Source of the DNA: Myxococcota bacterium
GTDB taxonomy: Bacteria > Myxococcota_A > Polyangia > Polyangiales > Sandaracinaceae
Assembly (NCBI GenBank): GCA_036149055.1
Contig: JAYZQJ010000033.1
Coordinates: 32,001 to 96,000, forward strand
Length of the DNA stretch: 64,000 nt
Direction of reading: 5' to 3'
Made by a program: the position numbers and the translations under genes. Position 1 is the stretch's first letter, and every line of letters starts with the position of its first letter. The notes under the pieces are model-generated. The model was given only the letters and a program-made list of their open reading frames with translations, was not told the origin of the DNA and did not search any database. Of the stretch, positions 9,206 through 17,977 are shown in pieces.

Positions 9206-9917
9206 CACGCGGCCAGCAGGCAAGCTCGCCCTCGAGGTCGCCGGGATGCACGGCCAGCTCGACCGGCTCGTCCGCCTGCACCGCGGCCGCGTGAGACGAC
9301 AGGTCGGGCGCCGTCAGCGAGCCTCGCTCGCTCGGGGGGCGGCCGGGGCGCGACCACTCGATGCGCATGTCCGGGTGGAGGAGCATGCGCGGGAAACGGA
9401 AGGCGCCGGCCTCGTCGGTGACTGCGCGGACGCGTCGACACGCACCTGCCAAGCACGTCTCCGCCAGGAGCGGCGGCGCCACGACGACCACGTGGTCGGG
9501 GAGCGGCTGACCTCGGGGGTCGAGGAGGCGTCCACGGAGGACCGCGCCGCGCCGCAGCGCGAGACGCACCGGCGCGTCCGGGGGAGGGCCTGCGTATCGA
9601 TGGCGGTGTGCGTTAGGGTTCGTCCACTGGAGGCCGAAGTCGTCGTGCGCGGCTCGGAGCTCCATCCAGTCGCCGCCAGGCACGCAGAATCGGAACCCGC
9701 CCCGAGCGTCCGTGCGGCCACGTCCCTCCCACGGGTCGAGGCGGTCGCCATGGCCCGACGCCACGACCTCGGCCGACGCCACTCCAGTGCCGCTGTCGGC
9801 GTCGACCACCCGGCCGCGCACCTCGGCGGCGCAAGCCGAGTGGGTTCCCGGCCTGCGTGGGGCCGCGCCGCAGCCGAGGACCAGGGCGCAGAGCACGGAG
9901 ACCTGCTTCGCGTTCAC
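9051..9917 (-). CDS. Lipoprotein with carboxypeptidase-regulatory-like (transthyretin-fold) repeats
   Basis: Lipobox LVLGC. VRGRVVDADSGTGVASAEVV...TDARGGFRF and LRGRLLDPRGQPL...TDEAGAFRF. The C-terminal tail overlaps the convergent gene. Confidence 0.7.
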   Translation of the reverse strand: MNAKQVSVLCALVLGCGAAPRRPGTHSACAAEVRGRVVDADSGTGVASAEVVASGHGDRLDPWEGRGRTDARGGFRFCVPGGDWMELRAAHDDFGLQWTNPNAHRHRYAGPPPDAPVRLALRRGAVLRGRLLDPRGQPLPDHVVVVAPPLLAETCLAGACRRVRAVTDEAGAFRFPRMLLHPDMRIEWSRPGRPPSERGSLTAPDLSSHAAAVQADEPVELAVHPGDLEGELACWPRVIPLRPPSSPGEHGRDRGERPSRDRATSAHRRRPPPGSPAPRSQPGPRRSP

Positions 9918-9975
9918 GAGAGCCTCGACGCCGGCCGCCCCGCGAGCGGCTCATGGCACCGTGCACGGCGCGGGC

Positions 9976-10026
9976 TGGTAGTCGAGGGGCGTGGTAGTCG
10001 AGGGACGTGGTAGTCGAGGGGCGTGG
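9976..10026. repeat. 16-bp tandem repeat x3 (TGGTAGTCGAGGGRCG)
   Basis: Units at 9976, 9992 and 10008, between divergent genes. Confidence 0.9.
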
Positions 10027-10970
10027 CCGGCGGAGAGGCGGAACGGGCGCGCGTGCGGTTCCGGGAGGGGACGGACGACGGCGAGGGGCTGACGTTCGAG
10101 GTGGAGCGCGGGCCGTCTGCGCTGCGTCTCGAGGTCTCGCCGTCCCGGCGGCTTCGGCTGGTGGCGGGTGAGCGCTGGCTGATGTGGGCGGAGCTCTGGA
10201 GCGGACACTACGGGGTGACGCTCGTCCGGAGCGACGACCCGCGGAGCCCGGAGATCCTGCCTCCGATGCGCTCGGCCGATGTGCGCCGCGTCTCCACGCG
10301 CGAGGCGTGGCTGCGGCGGCTGGCGCGATCGCTCGCGGAGAGCTCGCGCGCTCCGCTGCGGTCCGGGACGTGGCGCCTCGTCGCGCTGAAGCCTGACGGC
10401 GCGGGCAGGTTCGCGCCGAGGAGCGGCGAGGTCGGGCTCGCGGCCGTCGACCTCTTCGACGCGCTGACCGCGCCGCGGGCGCGCGAGGACGACTTCGGCG
10501 CGCAGGGCTCGTGGTCGGTGTGGCCGCTGCGGCGGCCTCCGGAGCCGGACGCGCCGCGGGTGAAGGCGTGGCGCAAGCACGCGCGGGACGGGACGCTGCC
10601 CCCGGTCGTGCTCGCGGCGGTCTCCGGTCTGAGCACGCACCTCCTCGTCGACGGCCACGACCGGCTCGCGGCCGCGCACGCGGAGGGCGTCACCCCGGAG
10701 CTGTTCGTGCTGGCGCCCGTTCGCGAGGTGGCGCCGGACGAGGGGGCGCGAGCGCGGGTCGCCGAGGCCTACGCGCGCTCCTTCGAAGCGGTGCCCGAGG
10801 CCGGGCGCGCCGCGCTCGGGGAGGCGCTGGTGCGCGCGTTCTCTCCGCTCCTGGTCGGCGCGCCCAGCGTCGCGTCCTTCCGTTCGGGGCTCGACGCGGA
10901 GTGGGAGGAGGAGGTGCGCGCGGTGCTGGGGGAGCCCGCGTTCCGGGCGCTGTTCGTCGACGCGACCTGA
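10023..10970 (+). CDS. Hypothetical protein with a ParB/Srx-like motif
   Basis: Contains LPPVVL...LLVDGHDRLAAA. Start position uncertain. Confidence 0.6.
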   Translation: MAGGEAERARVRFREGTDDGEGLTFEVERGPSALRLEVSPSRRLRLVAGERWLMWAELWSGHYGVTLVRSDDPRSPEILPPMRSADVRRVSTREAWLRRLARSLAESSRAPLRSGTWRLVALKPDGAGRFAPRSGEVGLAAVDLFDALTAPRAREDDFGAQGSWSVWPLRRPPEPDAPRVKAWRKHARDGTLPPVVLAAVSGLSTHLLVDGHDRLAAAHAEGVTPELFVLAPVREVAPDEGARARVAEAYARSFEAVPEAGRAALGEALVRAFSPLLVGAPSVASFRSGLDAEWEEEVRAVLGEPAFRALFVDAT

Positions 10971-10976
10971 TCTCGG

Positions 10977-11906
10977 TCAGAAGACCTTCGGGGCGCGCTC
11001 GGCGTGCTCGGGGTGCCAGCGCCGGCTCCAGCGCGCGAGCCCGGGGATGAGCCAGGTGCGGCCGCGGTGGGCGTTCACGCAGGCGTAGATGCGCACGACG
11101 ACTCGCACGAGCTGCAGCAGGCCGACGAAGCAGAGGAACGCCACGAGCGGCAGGCTGGCGGTCTCGGCGGGCGCGATCGAGACGGCGACGACGACGAGCG
11201 CGAGGGCGAGCACGACCAGCCCGAGGGAGACGGCGCCCATGAGCGCGCTCTGCCGCGCGTGGAAGCGGATCCACGGGTCGCGGCTCCGGACGTTGAAGAG
11301 CGAGACGAAGAGAAAGATGCCGCCGAAGGGCAGGTAGCAGAGGACCGCGAGGCCCGTGTTCTTCGGCGCGGCGGCGCTCTCCTGGCCGTCCGCGCGGGGC
11401 AGGTCGAGGGCGTCGGCGATCGCGCGGGCCAGCCGCTCCCAGCGGGCGCGGCGACGCGGGTGCAAGGGGCGCAGGAGATCCAGGCGGCCTCCGCCCTCGC
11501 GGAGGAGGCTCACCGTGAGCCAGCCCGAGCGCGAGGCCACCAGCGCGACCGAGGTGATCCCCGCGAGCGACTCGACTCGCCCGTCGGCCCGCCGGAGCGT
11601 GCCCGCCGCGAGGTCCAGCTCGAGCTCCGTCCGGCGCGCGCGCATCGGCGCGAGCGCCAGCTGGACGAACCCCACCAGCAGCGGCAGCGCGGTCGCGACG
11701 GCGATGATCGCGCCGGCCGCGAAGCGCGCCGTCGGGCCCTCGTGGAGCGCGCCGGCGCGGAGCGCGAGCAGGCCGGTCAACAGGCCGGTCGCGACGGGCA
11801 GGAGCAGCGCGACGACGAGCGCCTGCCGCACCAGGTCGCCCACCGGCTTCCGGACGCGTAGCCCGTGCGCGGTCTTCTCGAGGTAGCTGTCGATCTCGGT
11901 GGTCAC
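10977..11906 (-). CDS. Membrane protein with a C-terminal DUF4870-like domain
   Basis: Several TM segments. NTGLAVLCYLPF...DPWIRFHARQS...AHRGRTWLIP. Start placed at GTG 11906. Confidence 0.7.
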   Translation of the reverse strand: MTTEIDSYLEKTAHGLRVRKPVGDLVRQALVVALLLPVATGLLTGLLALRAGALHEGPTARFAAGAIIAVATALPLLVGFVQLALAPMRARRTELELDLAAGTLRRADGRVESLAGITSVALVASRSGWLTVSLLREGGGRLDLLRPLHPRRRARWERLARAIADALDLPRADGQESAAAPKNTGLAVLCYLPFGGIFLFVSLFNVRSRDPWIRFHARQSALMGAVSLGLVVLALALVVVAVSIAPAETASLPLVAFLCFVGLLQLVRVVVRIYACVNAHRGRTWLIPGLARWSRRWHPEHAERAPKVF

Positions 11907-11978
11907 GTCGGCCCGGCCGAGTCTCTGCGCCGCGCCGCGCGAGCGCAAGGCGCGTCAGGTAGAGGTATCAGGTCGGGC

Positions 11979-13436
11979 TCACGGCGCGCGAACGTGGAGC
12001 ACTCGCTCGCGCACCAGGAGGTCCGGGTCCGGCGCGGTGGCGTGGCCTGGCTCGACGTAGACGCGGAACACGACGGTGAGGAGCTGGAGCAGGCCGGCGC
12101 CGCTCGGGCAGGTCCCCGTCGGCACCTCGAGGCAGTAGGCGTCGCCGGCGCAGTCTCGGGCCACGCGCCAGGCGAAGAGGGCGCTCGCGTCGGGGTCGCC
12201 CGGAAGGAAGCGCTCGGCGCTGCCGGACCAGTCCTCGCTGGTCACCGCCGCCACGCCCACCAAGTGGGAGAGGGCGTACACGCTCGCGCTCGCGTAGGTG
12301 GCCTTGCCGGTCGCCACGTGGTCGACGCCGATGACGTAGACGGAGTCTCGGTTCAGGATCGTGAACGCCTCCGCGCCGAGGCTCGGATAGAGCGCGTCAC
12401 GGTTGTCCCCCAGGCATGGTGCGCCGGTCTCGATGCACGCCTCGGGGTCCGCGGTGCCTTCGTTGGCCGGGTACGACCGGATCGCGTCGCCGGGGTGCGC
12501 TGCGCGGATCGCGGCTTCCAGTCGGTCGAGCGCCGCCGGGAGGCCATCGCGGGTCTCGTCCACGGTCGCGTCCTTCGGGCGGGCGGGCGGGGACGCGAGC
12601 GGATCGGGGGCGAGCGGCGTGCTCGGGGTCACCCGCAGGAGCGTCGCGCCCGGGTCGGTCACCCAGGCGGCGCCGGCCGCTCGGTCCGCGAAGAGCGCGA
12701 CCCGCGCGAGCAGGGAGAGGGTATCGGCCGGCTCGTCGAGGCCGAAGGCGACGACGCTCGGATCGAGCGTCACGAGGTTGATCGCCTCGTCCGGCACGCC
12801 GGACGCGACGAGCGCCGAGCGCACCCGCGCCTCCGTGGTCGCGTTGCCGGTCATGACGAGCGCGAACGGTCGGTCGTACACCTCGGGCCCGCCCTCGACG
12901 CGGATCGTCTCCGGGTTGAGCGTCTCGTCGAGGCTGGCGAAGGGCACGCGCCTCGTGCCGTCGTAGTCGCGCTCCAGGAGGTACGGCGTGAAGCCGAAGT
13001 AGCGGACGTCGGGCGGCGTGCGCCCGACCAGAACGACCGCCTCGTCCTGCCGCATGCGGAAGCCGGGGGAGGTGCCGTCGGAGGCCTCGTCGAAGTTCGG
13101 CGCCGTCTGCCCCGGACCCCGCGGCAAGTAGAAGCTGAGGTAGGGGCTCGAAGGGTTGTTCCCCGAGCAGCTCCGACCCATCTCGCAGCACATCGAGAGA
13201 TCGACCGCCTCGAAGCGGCCGTCGAGCGTATCGAGCCCCTCGGCCGCCATCGTCTCCCGCAGCCCGGGGAGGCTCGCGTCGAGCTCCGAGCTGGCATCCG
13301 TCGGGGTCGCCGCGTCCGGGGCGGCCGTCCCGGCGTCGTCGGTCGCGGCGTCCATCGAGCCGGAGCCCCCGTCGACCCCGGGGCTCCCCGAGCAGGCGGT
13401 GAGGGCGAGCCCGAGCGACAGAAAGGCGTGTCTCAT
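11979..13436 (-). CDS. Hypothetical lipoprotein
   Basis: Lipobox LTAC, then a D/A/G-rich linker and a globular domain with paired Cys. Confidence 0.8.
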   Translation of the reverse strand: MRHAFLSLGLALTACSGSPGVDGGSGSMDAATDDAGTAAPDAATPTDASSELDASLPGLRETMAAEGLDTLDGRFEAVDLSMCCEMGRSCSGNNPSSPYLSFYLPRGPGQTAPNFDEASDGTSPGFRMRQDEAVVLVGRTPPDVRYFGFTPYLLERDYDGTRRVPFASLDETLNPETIRVEGGPEVYDRPFALVMTGNATTEARVRSALVASGVPDEAINLVTLDPSVVAFGLDEPADTLSLLARVALFADRAAGAAWVTDPGATLLRVTPSTPLAPDPLASPPARPKDATVDETRDGLPAALDRLEAAIRAAHPGDAIRSYPANEGTADPEACIETGAPCLGDNRDALYPSLGAEAFTILNRDSVYVIGVDHVATGKATYASASVYALSHLVGVAAVTSEDWSGSAERFLPGDPDASALFAWRVARDCAGDAYCLEVPTGTCPSGAGLLQLLTVVFRVYVEPGHATAPDPDLLVRERVLHVRAP

Positions 13437-13567
13437 TCGGTGTAGATGGCTCTATCAGCATCGGTGTTCAAGTGACGGGGCGCGCCGCGCTGACGAGGGC
13501 CGGAGAGACGGACGGTGTGGCGTGAACATGGGTTGCGGATGGACGTTGGCCGCGAGAGAGTCTGCGC

Positions 13568-14602
13568 ATGGCCGGCAGCGCTCGCGTCGTGATCCGAACC
13601 CCCCAGCCGGTGCGCTCCCTGGTCTGGGCCGGCGACGAGCTGGTCGACTGGGTGTCGGGCGGGCAGCGCTACGCGCTCGATGGGAGCCACACACCGCGAG
13701 CGAGATTCTTCGCCTTCCGGTTCGATGCGGCGGTGGGCTCGTCCGACGGCACGATGGCGGTCGTGTACGAGCGCGGCGGCACCAAGGGGCTCGTCCTCCA
13801 GCACGGTGAGCACGTCCGCGAGATCGACCGCAGCTACTACTGCGCCAACTCCTACGCCTATCCGGTCTGCTTCTGGTCGCGGGGCGGGCGCCACCTGCTG
13901 GTCCATTGCCCGGACGAGTACAACCGGCTCGAGATCGAAGACGCGCTGACCGGCGAGCGGCTGACGCCTCGCGCGGAGGGCGTCGAGCCCGAGGACTTCT
14001 TCCACTCCCGGCTCGAGGTGAGCCCCGGAGGCGCGCGACTGCTCAGCGCAGGCTGGGTGTGGCATCCGTGGGACGCGGTGGCGCTCTACGAGCTCGAGGA
14101 GGCTCTGCGCGACCCGGCCCGCCTCGACGTCCCCGCGTACCCCGACGCCCCTCACGTGGGGGCGATCGAGGAGGCCTCCGCGACCTGGCAGACCGACGCG
14201 CGCGTGATCCTCACGGCGTCCGGCGACGAAGCCGACGACGACTCCGACGACGACCCGGAGGGCGACGGTGAGCTCCGCCTCCGGCCGCGCGGCGTGGCCG
14301 TCTACGACGTGCCGGAGCGGCGCTGCGTCAGCGCGTGCAAGCTCGACCGGCCGGCGGGGCGAGTCATGGCCGTCGGCACCGAGCACGGGCTCGCGCTGTA
14401 CGAGCACCCCCGCCTGCTCCGCCTCTCCGACGGCGTCGAGCTCGAGTCGTGGCCCGATCTTCCGAGCGGCACCGAGATGTCGAGCATCTTCCGGCAGGAC
14501 CCGGCGCCGCCTCCGATGGCGCTCGACGCCGCCCACCGCCGCGTCGCCATCGCCCGCGGCGACGAGATCCACGTGCTCCTGCTTCCGCCCGACCTCCGGT
14601 GA
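13568..14602 (+). CDS. Hypothetical protein, probable beta-propeller
   Basis: WD40-like segments AVGSSDGTMAVV, LEVSPGGARLLSAG and MALDAAHRRVAIA. Confidence 0.7.
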   Translation: MAGSARVVIRTPQPVRSLVWAGDELVDWVSGGQRYALDGSHTPRARFFAFRFDAAVGSSDGTMAVVYERGGTKGLVLQHGEHVREIDRSYYCANSYAYPVCFWSRGGRHLLVHCPDEYNRLEIEDALTGERLTPRAEGVEPEDFFHSRLEVSPGGARLLSAGWVWHPWDAVALYELEEALRDPARLDVPAYPDAPHVGAIEEASATWQTDARVILTASGDEADDDSDDDPEGDGELRLRPRGVAVYDVPERRCVSACKLDRPAGRVMAVGTEHGLALYEHPRLLRLSDGVELESWPDLPSGTEMSSIFRQDPAPPPMALDAAHRRVAIARGDEIHVLLLPPDLR

Positions 14603-14656
14603 CTGCCATCCCGGTTCTCGCATGACCCCTCCGAAGACCGGCGGTAGGCTGGCCGC

Positions 14657-15328
14657 ATGCGCATCGGTTCCGTGGCGTGGCTGGCGCTCGCGCTCGTCAG
14701 CGCGCCGGTCCTCGCGGAGGACGTGCCGGTCGGCGACGATCCGGACCCGGCGGCCTCCCTCGGGCTCGAGGTGGATCGGTGGCGCGCCGACCCTCGCTCG
14801 CCGGCCTGCCAGGCGGCCGTGGCCGCGTCGGCCCGGGTGACGGAGCTCGAGCGCGCGGTGCGGGCGCGCTCGCTCGCGCCCCCTGGAGGAGCCCGGAGCG
14901 TCGAGCTCGAGCGGTGGGCTGCGGGGGAGCTCTCGGCCTACTTCGAGGCCGCGGCTGCGGACCTCCGCGCGCTCGAGCGCGCGGTCCGAGAGGTGCACGA
15001 ACACGGCTGCCTGCTCGCGAGCCTCGACGCGCTGCGTGCCCTCGGCGACGCCCACGACGCGGTGGCGCGTCGCGTCGACGACGCGGCGCCCACCCAGGAC
15101 CCAGGCTGCGCTCCCGACCTCCTCGCGTCGCTCCGGTGGACGGCACGGCGGGCCTGGCTTCGGTGCCACACGCTCGCGGTCCGGGAGCGCGCGTACACGC
15201 CCGCGGTCCGCGCCTGTCTCGACGGCCTCGATCGCACGGGGCTCGACGCGCCCCCGGCCGAGCTCGTCCCGAGCGGCTCGTGGCGCGGGGGAGGCGCCGC
15301 GCCGCCGCCGCCTCAGAACGCGAAGTAG
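14657..15328 (+). CDS. Secreted helical hypothetical protein
   Basis: Signal peptide MRIGSVAWLALALVSAPVLA. TAGGCT lies 6 nt before the ATG. Confidence 0.65.
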   Translation: MRIGSVAWLALALVSAPVLAEDVPVGDDPDPAASLGLEVDRWRADPRSPACQAAVAASARVTELERAVRARSLAPPGGARSVELERWAAGELSAYFEAAAADLRALERAVREVHEHGCLLASLDALRALGDAHDAVARRVDDAAPTQDPGCAPDLLASLRWTARRAWLRCHTLAVRERAYTPAVRACLDGLDRTGLDAPPAELVPSGSWRGGGAAPPPPQNAK

Positions 15329-16257
15329 CAGGGCATGCAGAGCACGACGCGCTCGGCGGCGTCGAAGCGGAGCTCGGTCTCGCGCTCGCAGGCGGGGCAG
15401 ATCCCGGGGACGCGCGCGCCGTCCTTCCGGAGGGCGTGCCGCGCGATCGTGGCGGCCGAGCGCTCCCGGAGGTCTCCGCGCTGCCCGTCTCGGCGCGCCT
15501 CGCGCGCGGCGTGGCGCTCGGCTCTCTCGGCGGCGGCTCGGGCCGCGGCGGCGCGCTCCTCGCGGCGCCTCCGGAGGTCGGCGAGCGGGTCCGGGGCGGC
15601 CCACGGCGGGAGGCGAGGAGCGCCGCCCAGCCGGGCCTCTTCGAGCGCGCGGTCGAGCCAGTCGCCGTACCACGCCAGGAAGCCGGAGTCGGAGGGGAGC
15701 GGGCCCCCGACGAAGTCCCGAGCCCAGTCGCGGAACGGCATCACGCCGCACTCGTTCGCGCGGTCGTCGATCCAGACCTCGCCGGCGAAGGGGCCGTCGA
15801 GCACGAGGAGCGAGCGGGTGGCGCAGCCGAGGTCGCCGAGGTCCCAGGTGCCGTGCCCGAGGTCGATGCCTTCGGCCTCCGACGGCCCGGTGAGCGGGAA
15901 GGGGAGCGAAGGGCCCTGCGGCCCGGAGAGCGCGCGCCGCACCGCGCCGTCGTAGAGGAACGGGGCGGTGTCGTCCTCGGGTCGCGGGAGCACCTCGCCG
16001 CGCGCGTCGTCGACGAAGGCGAACGCGACGAGGCCGAGCTCCGGGCCCGCCCCGCCGTTGCCCGCGGTCGTCACGAAGCGACGGTAGGGCTCGGGCAGCC
16101 GCACGCCGTAGCGGGCTTCGATCCGCGCGAGCATCGCGGGCGCGAGCGGCGGCGCGAGCCGGTGGCGATGCTCCAGCGCGCCGTACACCTGGAGCGCGGG
16201 GTCGGCCCTCCGGAGCCGCGCCAGCCGGTGCAGCAGCGATTCGATCTCTGCGTCCAT
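15313..16257 (-). CDS. SMI1/KNR4 (SUKH) family protein with C-terminal coiled coil and zinc ribbon
   Basis: YGALEHRHRLAPPL...IEARYGVRLPEPYRRFVTTAGNGGAGP...GCATRSLLVLDGPFAGEVWID...FLAWYGDWLD. Ends with CPAC...CMPC. Confidence 0.85.
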   Translation of the reverse strand: MDAEIESLLHRLARLRRADPALQVYGALEHRHRLAPPLAPAMLARIEARYGVRLPEPYRRFVTTAGNGGAGPELGLVAFAFVDDARGEVLPRPEDDTAPFLYDGAVRRALSGPQGPSLPFPLTGPSEAEGIDLGHGTWDLGDLGCATRSLLVLDGPFAGEVWIDDRANECGVMPFRDWARDFVGGPLPSDSGFLAWYGDWLDRALEEARLGGAPRLPPWAAPDPLADLRRRREERAAAARAAAERAERHAAREARRDGQRGDLRERSAATIARHALRKDGARVPGICPACERETELRFDAAERVVLCMPCYFAF

Positions 16258-16322
16258 CCTCGCCAACGCCGACGGGATACCACGGGCTTGCAATCCGGTG
16301 GACGGAGCGGCACCTCGGGAGG

Positions 16323-17144
16323 GTGCGGGTCGAGACCACGCGAGGGGAGGGGGACTGGGTCTACGCGCGGGCGCGGCCGGAAGCGCTGACCCCGTGGGTG
16401 GACCATCTCTGGACGTTCCGGGGGCCGACCGCGGACCGGTTCAAGCGCGTCTTTCCGAACGGGTGTCTGGAGCTGATCGTCAGCTTCGAGGGGGCGTACC
16501 GGGTGGAGGGCTTCTCGCTGGAGGCGGCGGCGGTGAGCGGGCTCTCGGCGGGGCCGCTGGTGGTGGAGCAGCCGCCAGCGCAGGACGTGATGGCCGCGCG
16601 GCTGACGCCGGCCGGCGCCCGGGCGCTCCTCGGGGTGCCGATGGAGTCGCTCGCGCATCGGCACCTCGCCCTCGAGGACCTGATCGGCGCCTCGGCGCGA
16701 GAGCTGCGTGAGAGGGCCGCGGGGCTCGGCGTGGAGCGGCGCCTGCACGCGCTGGCCGGCTGGCTCCGCGCGCGCCTCTCGCCGCCGCCGCGGGACGCCG
16801 CGAGCTGGATGGTGGAGGCCCTGGTGGAGAGCCGCGGCTGCGCGTCGATCGAGGCGCTGCGGCTCGAGGCGGGCTTCTCCAAGCGGCGGCTGCTGGCGTC
16901 GTTCCGGGAGCGGGTGGGGCTGACGCCGAAGCGGTACGCCCGGGTGCTGCGCTTCCACCGGGCGCTGACCACGCTGCAGGGCGCCGCGCCGGGCGCGCGG
17001 CTCATCGAGGTGGCGCACGCGGCCGGCTTCTACGACCAGGCGCACATGAACGCCGAGTTCCGGGCCCTCGGCGGGCTGACCCCCTCGGCGTTCCTCGACG
17101 CGCGGCACCCGGTCGGCGACGGATCGACCGCCGCCGACCGCTGA
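16323..17144 (+). CDS. AraC-family transcriptional regulator (DUF6597-type N-terminus)
   Basis: RVFPNGCLELIV N-terminal domain. FRERVGLTPKRYARVLRF...AGFYDQAHMNAEFRALGGLTP HTH region. Confidence 0.92.
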   Translation: MRVETTRGEGDWVYARARPEALTPWVDHLWTFRGPTADRFKRVFPNGCLELIVSFEGAYRVEGFSLEAAAVSGLSAGPLVVEQPPAQDVMAARLTPAGARALLGVPMESLAHRHLALEDLIGASARELRERAAGLGVERRLHALAGWLRARLSPPPRDAASWMVEALVESRGCASIEALRLEAGFSKRRLLASFRERVGLTPKRYARVLRFHRALTTLQGAAPGARLIEVAHAAGFYDQAHMNAEFRALGGLTPSAFLDARHPVGDGSTAADR

Positions 17145-17148
17145 GCTT

Positions 17149-17311
17149 GCTGGAGGGTTTGGTGCAAACCCTCCCCCCATTGGGCAAAGCGCCAATGGGG
17201 CCCCCCTCCCGACTCCGCCGGCGCCTCGCGCTGCGCGCTCGCGCCGCGAGCCCAGCGACGGGGCGCTGGGGGCCCTGCGGCTCGCGCTCGCGCGCCGCGC
17301 GAGCGGGCCGC
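17149..17311 (+). repeat. Dispersed multi-hairpin (REP/MITE-like) element, copy A
   Basis: Homologous to 31050-31211. Begins GCTGGAGGGTTTG-GTG-CAAACCCTCC. Confidence 0.85.
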
Positions 17312-17497
17312 CCCCGGCCCCGGGCACGAACCCCGGTGGTGGTGGTGGTCCGTGCGGCGACCTCGCTGCGCTCGTCCCCGCCGCCGTTTCGGGTCCGTCG
17401 ACGTGAAAGGCGGCGGTGCTGCGGCTCGACTTGCAGCAAACTGGACGGGCACGGGGCCGATGGGGCACCCCCGAGACAGACGCTCTCGGAGGCACCC

Positions 17498-17977
17498 ATG
17501 CAGATGGAACGAACCCGACTCTTCGTCGACGGCGTCCGCGCGCCGCTCAAGGCGGACGTGACCCGACGACGCGACGACGGCCTGGTGGTGTCGCAGCCCC
17601 TGCCGTTCCTGCGGCTCGACACGCCGGTGACCGAGCACGGCCGCCGGGCCCGGATCTCCCGGGTCGCGATCGCGATGGACGGAGACGTGCCGCGGCTCTT
17701 GCTCGAGCTCTCGCACGACGCCGAGCAGCCCGCGGAGCCGGCGCCCACGGGCGACGACACGCTCGTGGGGTTCACGCCCGGCGTGAGCACGCGGCCGGCG
17801 CGCACCGACGGGACGGTGCCCTACGAGTTCCAGTCGGAGCCGCCGCCTCGCCGCGAGGTCGTGCTCTCCGATCCGCCGCCGGCCCTCGCGCAGCCTCGCC
17901 CGAGCCTGGCGAGCCGCGTCTGGCAGGCCTTCGTCGGCCTCGCGCTGCTCCTGATCGGGCGCGCTCAGCCCAGCTGA
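17498..17977 (+). CDS. Hypothetical protein with C-terminal hydrophobic segment
   Basis: GGAGG RBS at 17488 before ATG 17498 (MQMERTRLFVDG...). Confidence 0.7.
   Translation: MQMERTRLFVDGVRAPLKADVTRRRDDGLVVSQPLPFLRLDTPVTEHGRRARISRVAIAMDGDVPRLLLELSHDAEQPAEPAPTGDDTLVGFTPGVSTRPARTDGTVPYEFQSEPPPRREVVLSDPPPALAQPRPSLASRVWQAFVGLALLLIGRAQPS

Noticed and set aside
14657..15328. Similarity to the C-terminus of gliding-motility TPR proteins (GltD/AgmU type)
   Set aside because: The resemblance is limited to a helical pattern with spaced Cys, too weak to call.
1014..17144. Integron-like cassette array
   Set aside because: No repeated attC-like sites were found between genes, orientations alternate, and no integron integrase is present.
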